Source of the DNA: Chitinophagales bacterium
GTDB lineage: Bacteria; Bacteroidota; Bacteroidia; Chitinophagales; Chitinophagaceae
Direction: 5' to 3'
Assembly (NCBI GenBank): GCA_013297995.1
Contig: JAAFJB010000006.1
Coordinates: forward strand, 3,658 to 67,657
Length of the DNA stretch: 64,000 bases
This document shows, in pieces, positions 10,026-21,296 of this stretch. The translations under genes were made by a program, and so were the position numbers. Position 1 is the first letter of the stretch. Every line of letters begins with the position of its first letter. The notes under the pieces are model-generated. The model saw nothing but the letters and a program-made list of their open reading frames with translations, did not search any database and had not been told where the DNA came from.

Positions 10026-10631
10026 ATGGCACGTTACACAGGTCCTAAGACCAAAATCTCTAGAATTTTCGGCGAACCTATTTTAGGTAACGCCAAGTGG
10101 TTGGGTAAAAACAGCAACCCTCCTGGTCAGCACGGTGCTGCCCGCAAGCGCAAAACCTTAGGGGAATATGCTTTGCAGTTAAGAGAAAAGCAAAAAGCAA
10201 AATACACGTATGGTGTATTAGAGCGCCAATTCCGCAAAACATTTGAAGAAGCACAAAGATTAAAAGGTGTTACAGGTGAGAATCTAATTAAGTTATTAGA
10301 GTCTCGTTTAGACAATACAGTATTCCGTATGGGATTAACTGCAAGCAGACCAGAAGCACGTCAATTGGTGAACCACAAGCATATTACGGTAAATGGTGAA
10401 ACCATGAATGTGCCTTCTTACACTTGTAAACCAGGGGATATCATTGCATACCGACCAAAAAGTGCAGATAATACGGGCGTTACCAGTAAAACACGTGGTA
10501 AAAACCCTAAGTTTGGTTGGTTAGATTGGAATGAAACCGAAAAGAAAGGTACATTTATAACCATGCCAGAACGCGAACACGTTCCTGAAAATATTAAGGA
10601 ACAACTTATTGTAGAATTATACTCTAAATAA
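10026..10631 (+). CDS. rpsD: 30S ribosomal protein S4
   Basis: MARYTGP, LREKQKAKYTYG, LESRLDN, EQLIVELYSK. Confidence 0.98.
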   Translation: MARYTGPKTKISRIFGEPILGNAKWLGKNSNPPGQHGAARKRKTLGEYALQLREKQKAKYTYGVLERQFRKTFEEAQRLKGVTGENLIKLLESRLDNTVFRMGLTASRPEARQLVNHKHITVNGETMNVPSYTCKPGDIIAYRPKSADNTGVTSKTRGKNPKFGWLDWNETEKKGTFITMPEREHVPENIKEQLIVELYSK

Positions 10632-10680
10632 ATTTTGCCATTTCACCCAACAACTCACCACGTAAAAAACAAGTTTTAAT

Positions 10681-11682
10681 ATGGCTATATTAAGCTTCCA
10701 AAAGCCGGACAAAATTGTTCTTCAGAAAGCAACTGATTTTGAAGGTCAGTTCGAATTTCGCCCGCTTGAACCGGGATTTGGTTTAACCATTGGTAATGCA
10801 CTTCGTAGGGTACTGCTTAGTTCTTTAGAAGGGTATGCTATTGTTGGAATTAAAATTGATGGTGTTGACCATGAATTTGCTACCATCAAAGGCATTACAG
10901 AAGATATTACTGAAGTTATTTTGAACCTTAAACAAGTTCGGTTCAAGAAAAGTGCTGATTTAGACCTAGCTTCTGAAAAAGTAAATCTTTCTATTAAAGG
11001 GCACAGTGAATTCACCGCAGGAATGATAGGTGATGCTACAGCTAGTTTCCAAGTAATGAATCCTGAATTAGTACTTTGTACCATGGATTCAACGGCTAAA
11101 TTAGACATTGAGCTTACCATTGCTAGAGGTCGCGGATATGTTCCTGCTGAGGAAAACAAATTAAAAGATGTTCCCTTTGGTTATATTGCAATCGATTCTA
11201 TTCACACACCCATCAAGAACGTAAAATACGCTATTGAGAACTATCGTGTGGAACAAAGAACCGACTACGAAAAACTTATTTTAGATGTAGCTACTGATGG
11301 AACCATCCATCCTGAAGATGCAGTAAAACAAGCTTCTCGTATTCTGATACAGCATTTGATGATCATCACCGACGAAAACATTACTTTCGATAATAAAGAA
11401 GATAAGAAAGAAGATGTGGTAGATGAACATATTTTGCAATTGCGCAAAGTATTGAAAACACCATTAGAAGATTTAGACCTTTCTGTGCGTGCTTTTAATT
11501 GCTTGAAAGCTGCCAAAATAAACAGTTTAAGTGAATTGGTTCAATATGAACAAGAAGACCTGATGAAGTTTAGAAATTTTGGTCAGAAATCACTTTCTGA
11601 AATTGAACAAGTTTTAACTGAAAGAGGATTAAGTTTTGGAATGGATCTTGTTAAACTTGGATTGGATAATTTAGATAACTAA
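10681..11682 (+). CDS. rpoA: RNA polymerase alpha subunit
   Basis: PLEPGFGLTIGNALRRVLLSSL, RGRGYVPA, LSVRAFNCLK, NFGQKSLSEI. Confidence 0.98.
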   Translation: MAILSFQKPDKIVLQKATDFEGQFEFRPLEPGFGLTIGNALRRVLLSSLEGYAIVGIKIDGVDHEFATIKGITEDITEVILNLKQVRFKKSADLDLASEKVNLSIKGHSEFTAGMIGDATASFQVMNPELVLCTMDSTAKLDIELTIARGRGYVPAEENKLKDVPFGYIAIDSIHTPIKNVKYAIENYRVEQRTDYEKLILDVATDGTIHPEDAVKQASRILIQHLMIITDENITFDNKEDKKEDVVDEHILQLRKVLKTPLEDLDLSVRAFNCLKAAKINSLSELVQYEQEDLMKFRNFGQKSLSEIEQVLTERGLSFGMDLVKLGLDNLDN

Positions 11683-11734
11683 TTTTTTAACATCTTGTAA
11701 TTCCTGACACGGTACAAGATAAAAACAAATCGTC

Positions 11735-12259
11735 ATGCGTCACGGAGACAAAATTAATAATTTAGGCCGCAAAAAAGCCCATAGAGTTGCTCTTTTACAA
11801 AACTTAGCCAGCCAGTTAATCACACACAAACGTATTGTTACTACTTTGGCAAAAGCCAAAGCTTTAAGAACTTATGTTGAGCCACTGATTACCAAGACTA
11901 AGAAAAACGAGTCCGCTGCTCAAATCAGTCACAACCACCGTTTGGTATTTGCTGAATTGCAAGACAAAGCTGCTGTAAAAGAATTGTTTACAGTTGTAGG
12001 CCCTAAAATTGCTGCTCGCCCAGGTGGTTATACCCGTATTTTAAAACTCGGTATTCGCCCCGGTGATAACGCAGAGAAAGCAATGATAGAACTAGTAGAT
12101 TTCAATGAAATTTATGGTAATGGTGTAGCACAAGCTGCTGAGCCTGCTAAGAAAACTCGTCGTGGTCGCGCTCCTAAAAAAGTGGAATCAGCTATTGATG
12201 AAGTAGAAATAGTTGCTGAACCAGAAGCAGCTTCATCCGAAGAAAAAGCCGCTGAATAA
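11735..12259 (+). CDS. rplQ: 50S ribosomal protein L17 with low-complexity C-terminal extension
   Basis: MRHG...[26 protein letters not shown]. Confidence 0.98.
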   Translation: MRHGDKINNLGRKKAHRVALLQNLASQLITHKRIVTTLAKAKALRTYVEPLITKTKKNESAAQISHNHRLVFAELQDKAAVKELFTVVGPKIAARPGGYTRILKLGIRPGDNAEKAMIELVDFNEIYGNGVAQAAEPAKKTRRGRAPKKVESAIDEVEIVAEPEAASSEEKAAE

Positions 12260-12284
12260 TTTATATGTAGTGGTATTAAAATAT

Positions 12285-12316
12285 AGAGGCATCCCCCATA
12301 AGGTTGCCTCTTTTTT
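12285..12316 (+). terminator. Intrinsic terminator of the alpha operon
   Basis: AGAGGCA...TGCCTCT stem followed by a T tract. Confidence 0.75.
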
Positions 12317-12386
12317 ATGTAAGTGTGAGAAACTTACTTGTATTTTTTGCTGAAATTTAATTTCTTTTGCATTCATAAATAAAACT

Positions 12387-13484
12387 ATGCCTCAATCTTC
12401 TCCTAAACCTGCATTACTTATACTTGCAGATGGTCATGTATTCAATGGTATGTCTTTCGGAAAAATAGGGACTGCCACCGGTGAAATTTGCTTTAATACC
12501 GGCATGACAGGTTATCAAGAAGTGTTTACTGATCCCAGTTATACGGGCCAGGTTCTGATTATGAATAATGTTCATATCGGCAACTATGGGGTTAAGCCCA
12601 CAGATGTAGAAAGTAGTAGTGTAAAGATTCATGGTTTAATAGCTCGCAACTTAGAGGCTCAATACAGTCGCCACCAGGCCAATACCGATCTTAATTCCTA
12701 TCTTATTGACAATAATATTGTTGCCATTGATGGAATAGATACCCGTGCTTTGGTTGCGCATATACGTACCAAAGGTGCCATGAATTGTATTATTTCTTCG
12801 GAAGTTACAGATGTGGATCAACTAAAAGAAATGTTGAAAGCAGTGCCGAATATGGATGGATTAGAACTAGCCAGTACCGTTAGTACCGAAACAGAATATG
12901 AGCTTGGTGATCCCACCGCAGCAGTAAAAATTTCAGTGCTCGATTTTGGTGTAAAGCAATATATTCTGCAATGCTTGGTTTCCCGTGGTGCGCATATACG
13001 AGTGCATCCTGCAAAAACTAATTTCAGCAGGTTGAAAGAATTCAACCCGACTGGTTATTTTATTTCTAATGGCCCCGGTGATCCTGCCGCTATGCCTTAT
13101 GCTGTTTCTACACTGAAAGAGATATTAAATGAGCATAAGCCTGTGTTTGGTATTTGTTTGGGGCATCAATTACTGGCATTGGCCAATGATATTCCTACTT
13201 TTAAAATGCACCATGGACATCGCGGATTAAACCATCCTGTGAAAAATATTATTACGGGTCAGTGTGAAATTACCACCCAAAATCACGGTTTTGGAGTTGA
13301 TCCCGAAGCCGTTCGCAATCATCCCAATGTAGAAATTACTCATTTGAATTTGAATGATGAGTCTATTGAAGGAATCCGATTAAAAGATCGTCCCGCTTTT
13401 AGTGTACAATACCATCCGGAGAGTACGCCAGGGCCACATGATAGTCGCTATTTATTCGATCGTTTTGTTGAAATGATGCATTAA
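12387..13484 (+). CDS. carA: Carbamoyl-phosphate synthase small subunit
   Basis: GEICFNTGMTGYQE, SNGPGDP, FGICLGHQ, QYHPE glutamine amidotransferase motifs. Confidence 0.97.
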   Translation: MPQSSPKPALLILADGHVFNGMSFGKIGTATGEICFNTGMTGYQEVFTDPSYTGQVLIMNNVHIGNYGVKPTDVESSSVKIHGLIARNLEAQYSRHQANTDLNSYLIDNNIVAIDGIDTRALVAHIRTKGAMNCIISSEVTDVDQLKEMLKAVPNMDGLELASTVSTETEYELGDPTAAVKISVLDFGVKQYILQCLVSRGAHIRVHPAKTNFSRLKEFNPTGYFISNGPGDPAAMPYAVSTLKEILNEHKPVFGICLGHQLLALANDIPTFKMHHGHRGLNHPVKNIITGQCEITTQNHGFGVDPEAVRNHPNVEITHLNLNDESIEGIRLKDRPAFSVQYHPESTPGPHDSRYLFDRFVEMMH

Positions 13485-13493
13485 TTTTATACC

Positions 13494-13916
13494 ATGCATA
13501 TAACCATTATTAACGGACCTAATTTAAATCTACTAGGAAAGCGTGAACCCGAAGTATACGGTAAACAGTCTTTTGAAGATTATTTGTCCGAATTGAAATC
13601 CACTTTCCCGAATGTGGATTTCAATTATTTTCAATCTAATATTGAGGGTGAATTGGTAAATGCTATTCAACAATATGGCTTTGAATCAGATGGAATTATC
13701 TTGAATCCTGCTGCATATACGCATACTTCTGTGGCCATTGGAGACGCCATTGCAGCAGTGAAATCTCCTGTGATAGAAGTGCATATCAGTAATGTGCATG
13801 CGAGAGAGGAGTTTAGAAAAATATCGCACGTATCTGGTAAATCAGTGGGCTGTATTACTGGGTTGGGACTAACAGGATATGAACTGGCTGTGCAGTGGTT
13901 GTTGAAAAAGCAGTAA
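13494..13916 (+). CDS. aroQ: Type II 3-dehydroquinate dehydratase
   Basis: INGPNLNLLGKREP, QSNIEGE, NPAAYTHTSVAI, EVHISN. Confidence 0.97.
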   Translation: MHITIINGPNLNLLGKREPEVYGKQSFEDYLSELKSTFPNVDFNYFQSNIEGELVNAIQQYGFESDGIILNPAAYTHTSVAIGDAIAAVKSPVIEVHISNVHAREEFRKISHVSGKSVGCITGLGLTGYELAVQWLLKKQ

Positions 13917-14077
13917 AAAAATTTGTTATTAGAGTGAGAATATTAAACTTAAAGTTGTAAATAATGCCCAATCAAACGTACGTCTTTGCCAATGCCACGA
14001 ATGATCTTGAAATGAAAAGAATGGCGGAAAATAGCCTATAAACGCAGGATATATTATGGTTGTTAAACGAGCCGAAA

Positions 14078-14704
14078 ATGAAAAAAATATTTTTCTCGCC
14101 ACTGTTTATACTTGTAAATTATTGTTTTGGACAATCTAATACAGACACGATTTTTTTTAAAAAATATGAAGACTCATCAGGATACCAAGTTGTTTTTATT
14201 GACAAGCCAAATTCAGTTTATCATAAAAATATTTTTAGATCCCTGGTTTACAATGAAGTTGATTTTAATGAAAAATTAACTAGATTATCTTCAATTTATA
14301 AAGTTAGAAAACAAGGTGTTTTGTTAAATAACTTAGGTGAATGGATTAGTGTTTATGAGTATAAAAAGCAAAAATTTGCTTATTCTCCATCTGAGCCATA
14401 TTATAATATCTTGATCACAATAACAGATAGTATTATTTCGCTGAACGATTTTAATGATGGATTTATTCCACTAGCTATCCAAAAATCAGCTAAAAAAAAC
14501 CACCAAATAAGCTACACACTAATTGGTATAGATAAGAAGATTATTCAACTTAAATTTGTCCAATTAAGTAATCAAATGGCTGAAATTGAAAGCTCAATAT
14601 TTGGTAAAAAGAAGCTAAGACTAATTAAAAAAGCTGCTTTCTTTAATTTGCCAATTATAGTTAACTACTGCCCAGGTAGTCGTTGTGCTGAATTTGATTT
14701 TTAA
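14078..14704 (+). CDS. Hypothetical exported protein (AT-rich)
   Basis: ORF with an MKKIFF-type signal-like start; no recognised domain. Confidence 0.55.
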   Translation: MKKIFFSPLFILVNYCFGQSNTDTIFFKKYEDSSGYQVVFIDKPNSVYHKNIFRSLVYNEVDFNEKLTRLSSIYKVRKQGVLLNNLGEWISVYEYKKQKFAYSPSEPYYNILITITDSIISLNDFNDGFIPLAIQKSAKKNHQISYTLIGIDKKIIQLKFVQLSNQMAEIESSIFGKKKLRLIKKAAFFNLPIIVNYCPGSRCAEFDF

Positions 14705-14894
14705 TGTTTCTTTCGTTGAAATGAGTATACAAATTATTTAGATTAACAGGAATTTTATTTAATCTTAATGATAAACCAATTATAAATACCCAAGTGGTTG
14801 ATTTTTACAACCATTTTTAGCTAATACAAGGATTGCACTACATTTCCTTACAGCATAAATTGTATTTTAGCTGTTTATTAGTTTAATTGCATCA

Positions 14895-16439
14895 ATGCTT
14901 GCCCAAAAAAAATACCATAAATATACTTTAGTGTTATTGGTTGCTACTGCGCTGGTAAAAATAGGGATAGCACCTTTACTTGAATTGGGGAATGATGAAG
15001 TGTATTACTGGACTTATGCTTTGAGGCTAAGTTGGAACTATTTTGATCATCCGCCGATGATTGCTTGGATGATTCGAGCTACTACTTTAAATACTTGGTG
15101 GGCTAGTGAACTCTCGCTTAGATTAGGAAGTATATTGGGGGCGGCCTGTTCTACTTGGTTTATTTTTAAAACAGGAAAATTATTGGGTAATGAAAGGGTT
15201 GGATGGTTTGCAGCATTGCTATATACAGCTTCTATTTATACTGGATTTATAGCTGGATTTTTCATCTTACCTGATTCTCCTCAAATGCCCTTGTGGACGG
15301 CAACCTTATACATAACTGCGCATTTAATTATAAAAAAAAATGACGAAAATAATTGGGGTATTTGGATACTACTTGGTACGCTAATTGGCCTTGCAGCCCT
15401 CTGTAAAGTACATGGTTTGTTTTTGTGGGCTGAATTTGGTTTGTTCATACTCATCAAAAGAAGGAATTGGCTGCTGAAATCTCAGGTGTACATTTCAGCT
15501 TTAATAACGTTGGTTATTATTAGTCCCGTTTTTTTATGGAACTGGAAAAACGATTTTATTACCTATCGTTTTCATTCAAACAGGGTTCATACCAAAGGGA
15601 TACATTGGGACTATTTTTTAAAAGAACTCGGAGGTGAATTGGTATACCAAAATCCTATTGTATTCAGCTTATTATTGGTAGCCATCATAGCTTTTTTTAG
15701 GAGTAAAATTTATTTTAATCAAAAACGAATCAGCATTTGGATTTTTTGTATGAGCATTCCTATGCTATTCACATTCTGGGGCATTGCGTTGTTTAATCCT
15801 ACTTTGCCCCATTGGAGCGGCCCAGCATTTATACCCTTATTTTTTTTAGCGGCCATTTGGCTAGATCAAAAATCAGCCTCATTTATACCGTTGATGGTTA
15901 AAGCTGCACTAGGATTACTTGTGTTGGTATTGTTTGCTGGTATAATGGTTGTTCAATATGCTCCTATAAATTTTGGGAGTAAACTGCCCGAAAATTATGG
16001 GGAGTATTGCCCTACCCTCGACTTGTCTGGATGGCGCAATATGGGCAAAACATTTACCGCCTTGGTTAAAAAAGATAAAGAAGAAGGGTTAATGCAACCC
16101 GATGCGGTATTATTAACCAATCAATGGTTTCCGGGTGGGCATTTAGAGTTTTATATATCAAGACCTTCTGGAGTGCCGCTTATTGGTGTTGGTGAACTCC
16201 AAAATCTTCACCAGTTTGCTTGGTTAAACAGGGATAGAAAGCCGCTTTTTTTAGGTGCGGATGCCTATGTAATTGTACCTTCTAATATGCCCATTTCGGT
16301 GAAAGACGAGTATGGCAAATATTTTAAGACCATTGAAAAATGCCAACCCTTTAATCAAGTGAGGAATGGGGGAGTGGTTCGTTACTTTTTTGTGTATAGG
16401 CTTAAAAATTGCATAGAGATTCCTAAGGCTGTTTTATAG
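14895..16439 (+). CDS. GT-C membrane glycosyltransferase (family 39 / ArnT-PMT-like)
   Basis: DEVYYW...YFDHPPMIAW, PDSP, many TM helices. Confidence 0.85.
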   Translation: MLAQKKYHKYTLVLLVATALVKIGIAPLLELGNDEVYYWTYALRLSWNYFDHPPMIAWMIRATTLNTWWASELSLRLGSILGAACSTWFIFKTGKLLGNERVGWFAALLYTASIYTGFIAGFFILPDSPQMPLWTATLYITAHLIIKKNDENNWGIWILLGTLIGLAALCKVHGLFLWAEFGLFILIKRRNWLLKSQVYISALITLVIISPVFLWNWKNDFITYRFHSNRVHTKGIHWDYFLKELGGELVYQNPIVFSLLLVAIIAFFRSKIYFNQKRISIWIFCMSIPMLFTFWGIALFNPTLPHWSGPAFIPLFFLAAIWLDQKSASFIPLMVKAALGLLVLVLFAGIMVVQYAPINFGSKLPENYGEYCPTLDLSGWRNMGKTFTALVKKDKEEGLMQPDAVLLTNQWFPGGHLEFYISRPSGVPLIGVGELQNLHQFAWLNRDRKPLFLGADAYVIVPSNMPISVKDEYGKYFKTIEKCQPFNQVRNGGVVRYFFVYRLKNCIEIPKAVL

Positions 16440-16443
16440 GTAT

Positions 16444-19400
16444 TTATTGATTGGCTCCAGTTTTGTCAACTGGCGCATTTATAAACAATTCCTTCTCTTT
16501 ATTAGCCCAAAGGGTTTCAAAATCTTTTCTATAAGAAATACTTGCTCCCGTTCTATTTCGCCTGCCAAAATTAGAGCCACTAATATCGAGACTATTTTTG
16601 TTAAATAGAATTCCACGAAGTTTTCGATCTTTGCTAAGTATAAATTCAACATTTAAATCTGGTAGCCATTGAAAATTTCCGTTCTGAACACTGGATCCAG
16701 CAAAGTTGAAATCTAATTCGCTCCCAAAAGTAATCAGTACTTTATCATCAAAAAGACTCTTATTTACTTTAAAATTTAAGCGAGATCTATCAACCCGATT
16801 ATTGTTTTGAGAAGCATTCCCATTCCCTGCAAAAAAGTTAGCACTATTGTAGAGTGAAGCTCCAAAATCGAAGCGGAGACTTTTGTTCTTAAACAGTTTG
16901 TTGAAAAAACCAGTAAGTACTTTATTTATTTCAGTGGCAACCAACTGAGATAGTGTATTAATACCTAGTGTACTAATATTGTAAGGACTACTACCTACGG
17001 CTGCTTTAGATTCTCCTGGAGGTGCAAATGATCCAAATACAATTAGAAAGGAAACCTGCTTTAAAATTTCATTTTCATCGTTTTGAATGCGACTAAGAAA
17101 TGCCGAAAATTCATTGTCATTTTTTACGGGACTACCCTGCGGAAAATCCAACCTAAATTTTATATCGGGGTTGCTTAATTGACTTCGCAATGAAGCAATT
17201 ACATACACATCACCGCGATATCCTTTTACACTACCACTAAAAATATTATTACCAATTAAATCCGTTAATGAAATTCGTTCGGCAGTGTATTGTGCATCAA
17301 TATGTAATTCAGCTTTAAAAGGATCTCCATTCCATTCTATATAATTTCCAGCATCGGGCAAAAGTTGGAATGGTTTTTTTAGAATGGATTGAAAATTAAA
17401 ATCATATTTTCCCCTTTCAATATTGTACCTGCCTTTAATGGTAAGCGGTTCTGAAGTTCCGGCTCTTATTTTTAGTCGCCCATTACCCACCGCTTTAATT
17501 ACGTCGCCCGTTACTTCGTCTAGAATCACATCAATCAATACTTTATTATTGGCAATAATTTCAAGGTCTACCAATAAATTAAAACTACTTTTTGGGGTAG
17601 ACATTTCCATTTCAGTTCCATAGGCTTTAAAAACAATGAAATCGGCAGATCCACTTTCTTTGGTAACTGAGTTGGGAATATAAATATGTGAACTATCGTT
17701 GGCTTCAGCAGTGAGGGTCATTTTAGCAGCAGATTCTGGTCCCTTAAAGCTGAGACTTGCTTTGCCAATGGCTTTTCCATAAAACTGTTGGTTATCTCTT
17801 AATTTAGTATCAATTAGCAGCATTTTATCGGTGCTTAACTCAAAATCAAAAGCCATATTACTAAATCCTTTTTCAAAAAGTTTGCCTGAAACATTCCCCG
17901 TATTTCCATATTTATCTTTAACAGTAAAATCTCCAAAATCAATTCCATTTTCATCAAATGACAGCGCTGCAGAATCAATTTTATAATATACTTGGGTATA
18001 ATTAACTTTCATACCTGCATTTTTAAGCATCAAATGACCGAGCAGGTTGGGAGCATTAATATCTCCACTAATATTGAGTTTACCCGTTGCTTCGCCTGAG
18101 ATATCAGTGAATAAGTCCGATAAAAAACGCTCTACAAAATTAATTTTGGTTTGGTTAAGTTGAATATCACTGTTTAAGGAATTTCCTGTACTATCATTCA
18201 GATGATAAGAACCTTTAGCAGTAACATCATATCCTTTATTGGCAGATTCTACTTGAAAGGGAATTAATCCCGTTTTACGCTGGTACCCAGCTTTTATTTT
18301 AACCAGCCCTATAGAATCTTTTCCAAACCTAAACTCTTCTGCTTGAAGAGACGCGTCTACCGCAAAATCACCAAAGAAATTATACAATTTAATAGTGCCA
18401 GTAGTGAGCCCTTCTAGCTGTTCTTCTTTCAAAAAAAGTGAAGTAATATCACCTAGAATTACATTTTTAAGTTTCACAACTAAATTACTGGTATTGCCTC
18501 CATCTTCTTCTTCCGTTTCTACCGTAATTTCTTGAAACCCTTGGGTGAATTTCAGGTCTTGTGCGTGCAATAAATTTTTTCGAGCAATAATTTCTCCTGA
18601 TTTACTAATAGACCATATCTTTTCATTTAACATGAAAGTAGAAGGCCTAAATTGCACTCTAATACCATCTTCTAAGGTGTAAACATCTGCAAGCAATGCT
18701 GCATCATTCAAAGTGTTTGTAGCACTGGTTTTTATAGAAACCAATGAATGGTCGTTACTAGAACGTATATTAATAAGGGTATTCGGAAGTTTTAGGCTAT
18801 CACCTACTTCTATACTTTTAATATTGCCTACTACAATAAGCGAGTCGTAGTTTCCATTACCGTTTAATTGAAAGCCAATTGCAGAATAGGAATCAAATTT
18901 ACCGTATGGAATATAAGCGTTTACACCAAATTCAATATTTTTTGTATCCACCGTTCCGCTGATAATTATATCATTGAATCCGCTAATTTTTTTATTAAAT
19001 AGTCGCAAATAAGGTTCAATATATTGGGTATTTGCATAAAATTTAAATTGTTGATTTTTAGGCGTATTTCTGGGAGATTTTACATATGCAGGATAATAAT
19101 TGTGTAGGAAAGCCTGAAAGCTGGCGGGTAACTCTTTAATGCTGAATTTTCCGGCTATGGTTGCATTGAGATCATTACTTCCCAATCTAAGGGTTTTAAT
19201 AGTGTCTTTATAAGCTGTGCTAAGGTTTAAAGAATCGAATTGCAGGCTAGTCTCTTCATTTTTTATGGTTGCATTTAGAAATTTGGCAGACCCAGTAAAA
19301 TTATCAATGTCTTTTCCAGTAAAGTTTACATCAAGCAGTCCAGCTATTTCAATTTTATCTTGTATAAAATGGAGTGCTTTCAAATTGGCTTTTGATAAGT

Positions 19401-21222
19401 CTCCCACAATATTGAACAGGGGTTGACTTTTTCTAAAATCAATTTCAACGTTACTTGTAAATGCTAAATTTGGGTCATCAATTTCCAATTCACCATTAAA
19501 TGATTTTCTTTGTAAATTACCATTTGCCACAATATTAGCGTAAGTGTACTGGTTAAAGTCAATTGAGGAAATAATGCCATCAAATTTAGTATTCAATCGG
19601 TCTATATTAAAGCTGCTTCCCTTTACTTTTCCTTTGAAATCAATCAGCCCCAATTGATTATTGTTTATAAACTTACCTAAATTAAATCGTGTAGTGCCTA
19701 TTTCACCCGTAAATTGGGGATCGCTTTTGTATGGAAATTGTAGGCTAATATTACTTTGTATACCACCCAACTTAGTTGAGAATACACCTGTTGTATTAAA
19801 ATTTCGAATTGTGCCCTTAAAGTTACCTCGATAAAGAATATTTCCCAAGGCAGATAGGTTGGGTTGTTCAATATTTTTTAAGGCGGGAATAAAAATGCCT
19901 AAATCATAGGCAGTAGTATTTAGTGTGCCATTGCTGAATTGGATAAATGTTTTTTCAATATCGGGTAGGCCCTTCATACTGAGATTTCCATTTAAATGAG
20001 TAGTAGCTCCAATTCTTGCGTTGAACTGTTCCACTTTAAAGTTGGCCACTGTACCTTTAAATTTACCTCCAACAATTACTTGCTTTTTCCATTCTTTTAA
20101 TTCAGCTGCAAAATAGGCAATATCGTCGCTACTTAATTTAGCGTTGGTGAAATTTGCCACCATCACTACTTTGTTAATATAGTCGCTAAAATCTTTTGTA
20201 AAATCTTTGAACTGCATCGCATAGTAGTTGCCCAGTATGCTTTTATTGGTTCTTAAATCAAGCTTAGCAAATTCCATTATTTGAGGAGTGAGCTTAAAAT
20301 GGCTCGACAATTTTTTCACTTCAAATCCGCTCCTATCCTTAACACGAAGGTCCAGCTTGGCCCTTACTGTATCATTAATAAACGAAAGGGATTTTAGAGT
20401 ACCATTTAAAGCAGACATTTCTATATGCGATTCATCAAAGCCTTTCATCGCTTTTTTGGTATTCCCTTCTATGAATAATTTGCCATTAATAATTTTCATT
20501 TGCTTTACCCATATGCCCATTCTAGCTGGGTTGAAATATAAGCCAGTATCTATATTTTGCAATCCAATTTGGTGAGGCTTAGATGGCCTTAGTCCAGGCA
20601 AATCTTGCAGTGTAATAGCGGGTGTATTCAGCGTTATTTCTTCAATAATAAATTGATTCTTTTTAAAGTCTACTTTATCCGCATCTAAACTAAGGGCACC
20701 AAGTTGAATGGAAGTAAGGCTGCCTACCCAATAATCGTGGTAATTCACTCGAACATTTTTAAGATCAATCTTTTCTAGGTTGAGTTCAATACTAGCTTGT
20801 TTCTTCTTTTTAGGGCTAGGCGAATGAAAGAAATCAACCATAAACTGGTAGTTCCATACAGAATCTCTTCTTACTAGTTTCACTAGAGTATTCTCAAGAC
20901 CAATATATTTTAAATTGGCAGTGTCTTTCAAGAAAAACCAATCGGTGATATTCACTTTTAGTTTGCCAGCATACAGTAAAGTATCTTTTTGTTGGTCTCT
21001 CAGTAAAGTGCTTTCAAGGTTTAGTTGATTAAAGAAAGAAAAGCTTACTTTTTTAATACTCACTTCGGTGCCAAGCGATTTGCTTAGTTTCTCAGTAGCA
21101 AATTTCACCAAAAAATTCTGCACCGTATCTGTTTGAACTGCTAGCACTAGTACCAACAACAGGGTGATTACAATAAATAAAATTTTTCTTAATATGATAA
21201 AAGTGCGGCGCAGTCCATTCAA
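16444..21222 (-). CDS. tamB: Translocation/assembly module TamB-domain protein
   Basis: N-terminal anchor, long beta-rich body, C-terminal DUF490-like region (GNGRLKI, WNGDP, GASISYRKDF). Confidence 0.8.
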   Translation of the reverse strand: MNGLRRTFIILRKILFIVITLLLVLVLAVQTDTVQNFLVKFATEKLSKSLGTEVSIKKVSFSFFNQLNLESTLLRDQQKDTLLYAGKLKVNITDWFFLKDTANLKYIGLENTLVKLVRRDSVWNYQFMVDFFHSPSPKKKKQASIELNLEKIDLKNVRVNYHDYWVGSLTSIQLGALSLDADKVDFKKNQFIIEEITLNTPAITLQDLPGLRPSKPHQIGLQNIDTGLYFNPARMGIWVKQMKIINGKLFIEGNTKKAMKGFDESHIEMSALNGTLKSLSFINDTVRAKLDLRVKDRSGFEVKKLSSHFKLTPQIMEFAKLDLRTNKSILGNYYAMQFKDFTKDFSDYINKVVMVANFTNAKLSSDDIAYFAAELKEWKKQVIVGGKFKGTVANFKVEQFNARIGATTHLNGNLSMKGLPDIEKTFIQFSNGTLNTTAYDLGIFIPALKNIEQPNLSALGNILYRGNFKGTIRNFNTTGVFSTKLGGIQSNISLQFPYKSDPQFTGEIGTTRFNLGKFINNNQLGLIDFKGKVKGSSFNIDRLNTKFDGIISSIDFNQYTYANIVANGNLQRKSFNGELEIDDPNLAFTSNVEIDFRKSQPLFNIVGDLSKANLKALHFIQDKIEIAGLLDVNFTGKDIDNFTGSAKFLNATIKNEETSLQFDSLNLSTAYKDTIKTLRLGSNDLNATIAGKFSIKELPASFQAFLHNYYPAYVKSPRNTPKNQQFKFYANTQYIEPYLRLFNKKISGFNDIIISGTVDTKNIEFGVNAYIPYGKFDSYSAIGFQLNGNGNYDSLIVVGNIKSIEVGDSLKLPNTLINIRSSNDHSLVSIKTSATNTLNDAALLADVYTLEDGIRVQFRPSTFMLNEKIWSISKSGEIIARKNLLHAQDLKFTQGFQEITVETEEEDGGNTSNLVVKLKNVILGDITSLFLKEEQLEGLTTGTIKLYNFFGDFAVDASLQAEEFRFGKDSIGLVKIKAGYQRKTGLIPFQVESANKGYDVTAKGSYHLNDSTGNSLNSDIQLNQTKINFVERFLSDLFTDISGEATGKLNISGDINAPNLLGHLMLKNAGMKVNYTQVYYKIDSAALSFDENGIDFGDFTVKDKYGNTGNVSGKLFEKGFSNMAFDFELSTDKMLLIDTKLRDNQQFYGKAIGKASLSFKGPESAAKMTLTAEANDSSHIYIPNSVTKESGSADFIVFKAYGTEMEMSTPKSSFNLLVDLEIIANNKVLIDVILDEVTGDVIKAVGNGRLKIRAGTSEPLTIKGRYNIERGKYDFNFQSILKKPFQLLPDAGNYIEWNGDPFKAELHIDAQYTAERISLTDLIGNNIFSGSVKGYRGDVYVIASLRSQLSNPDIKFRLDFPQGSPVKNDNEFSAFLSRIQNDENEILKQVSFLIVFGSFAPPGESKAAVGSSPYNISTLGINTLSQLVATEINKVLTGFFNKLFKNKSLRFDFGASLYNSANFFAGNGNASQNNNRVDRSRLNFKVNKSLFDDKVLITFGSELDFNFAGSSVQNGNFQWLPDLNVEFILSKDRKLRGILFNKNSLDISGSNFGRRNRTGASISYRKDFETLWANKEKELFINAPVDKTGANQ

Positions 21223-21296
21223 TTTAAGGTTAAAAATAACAATTCGTGCTGGTAAGGCAAATACAATACCAAACCTTGTTTTAAAATAAATAAGTA

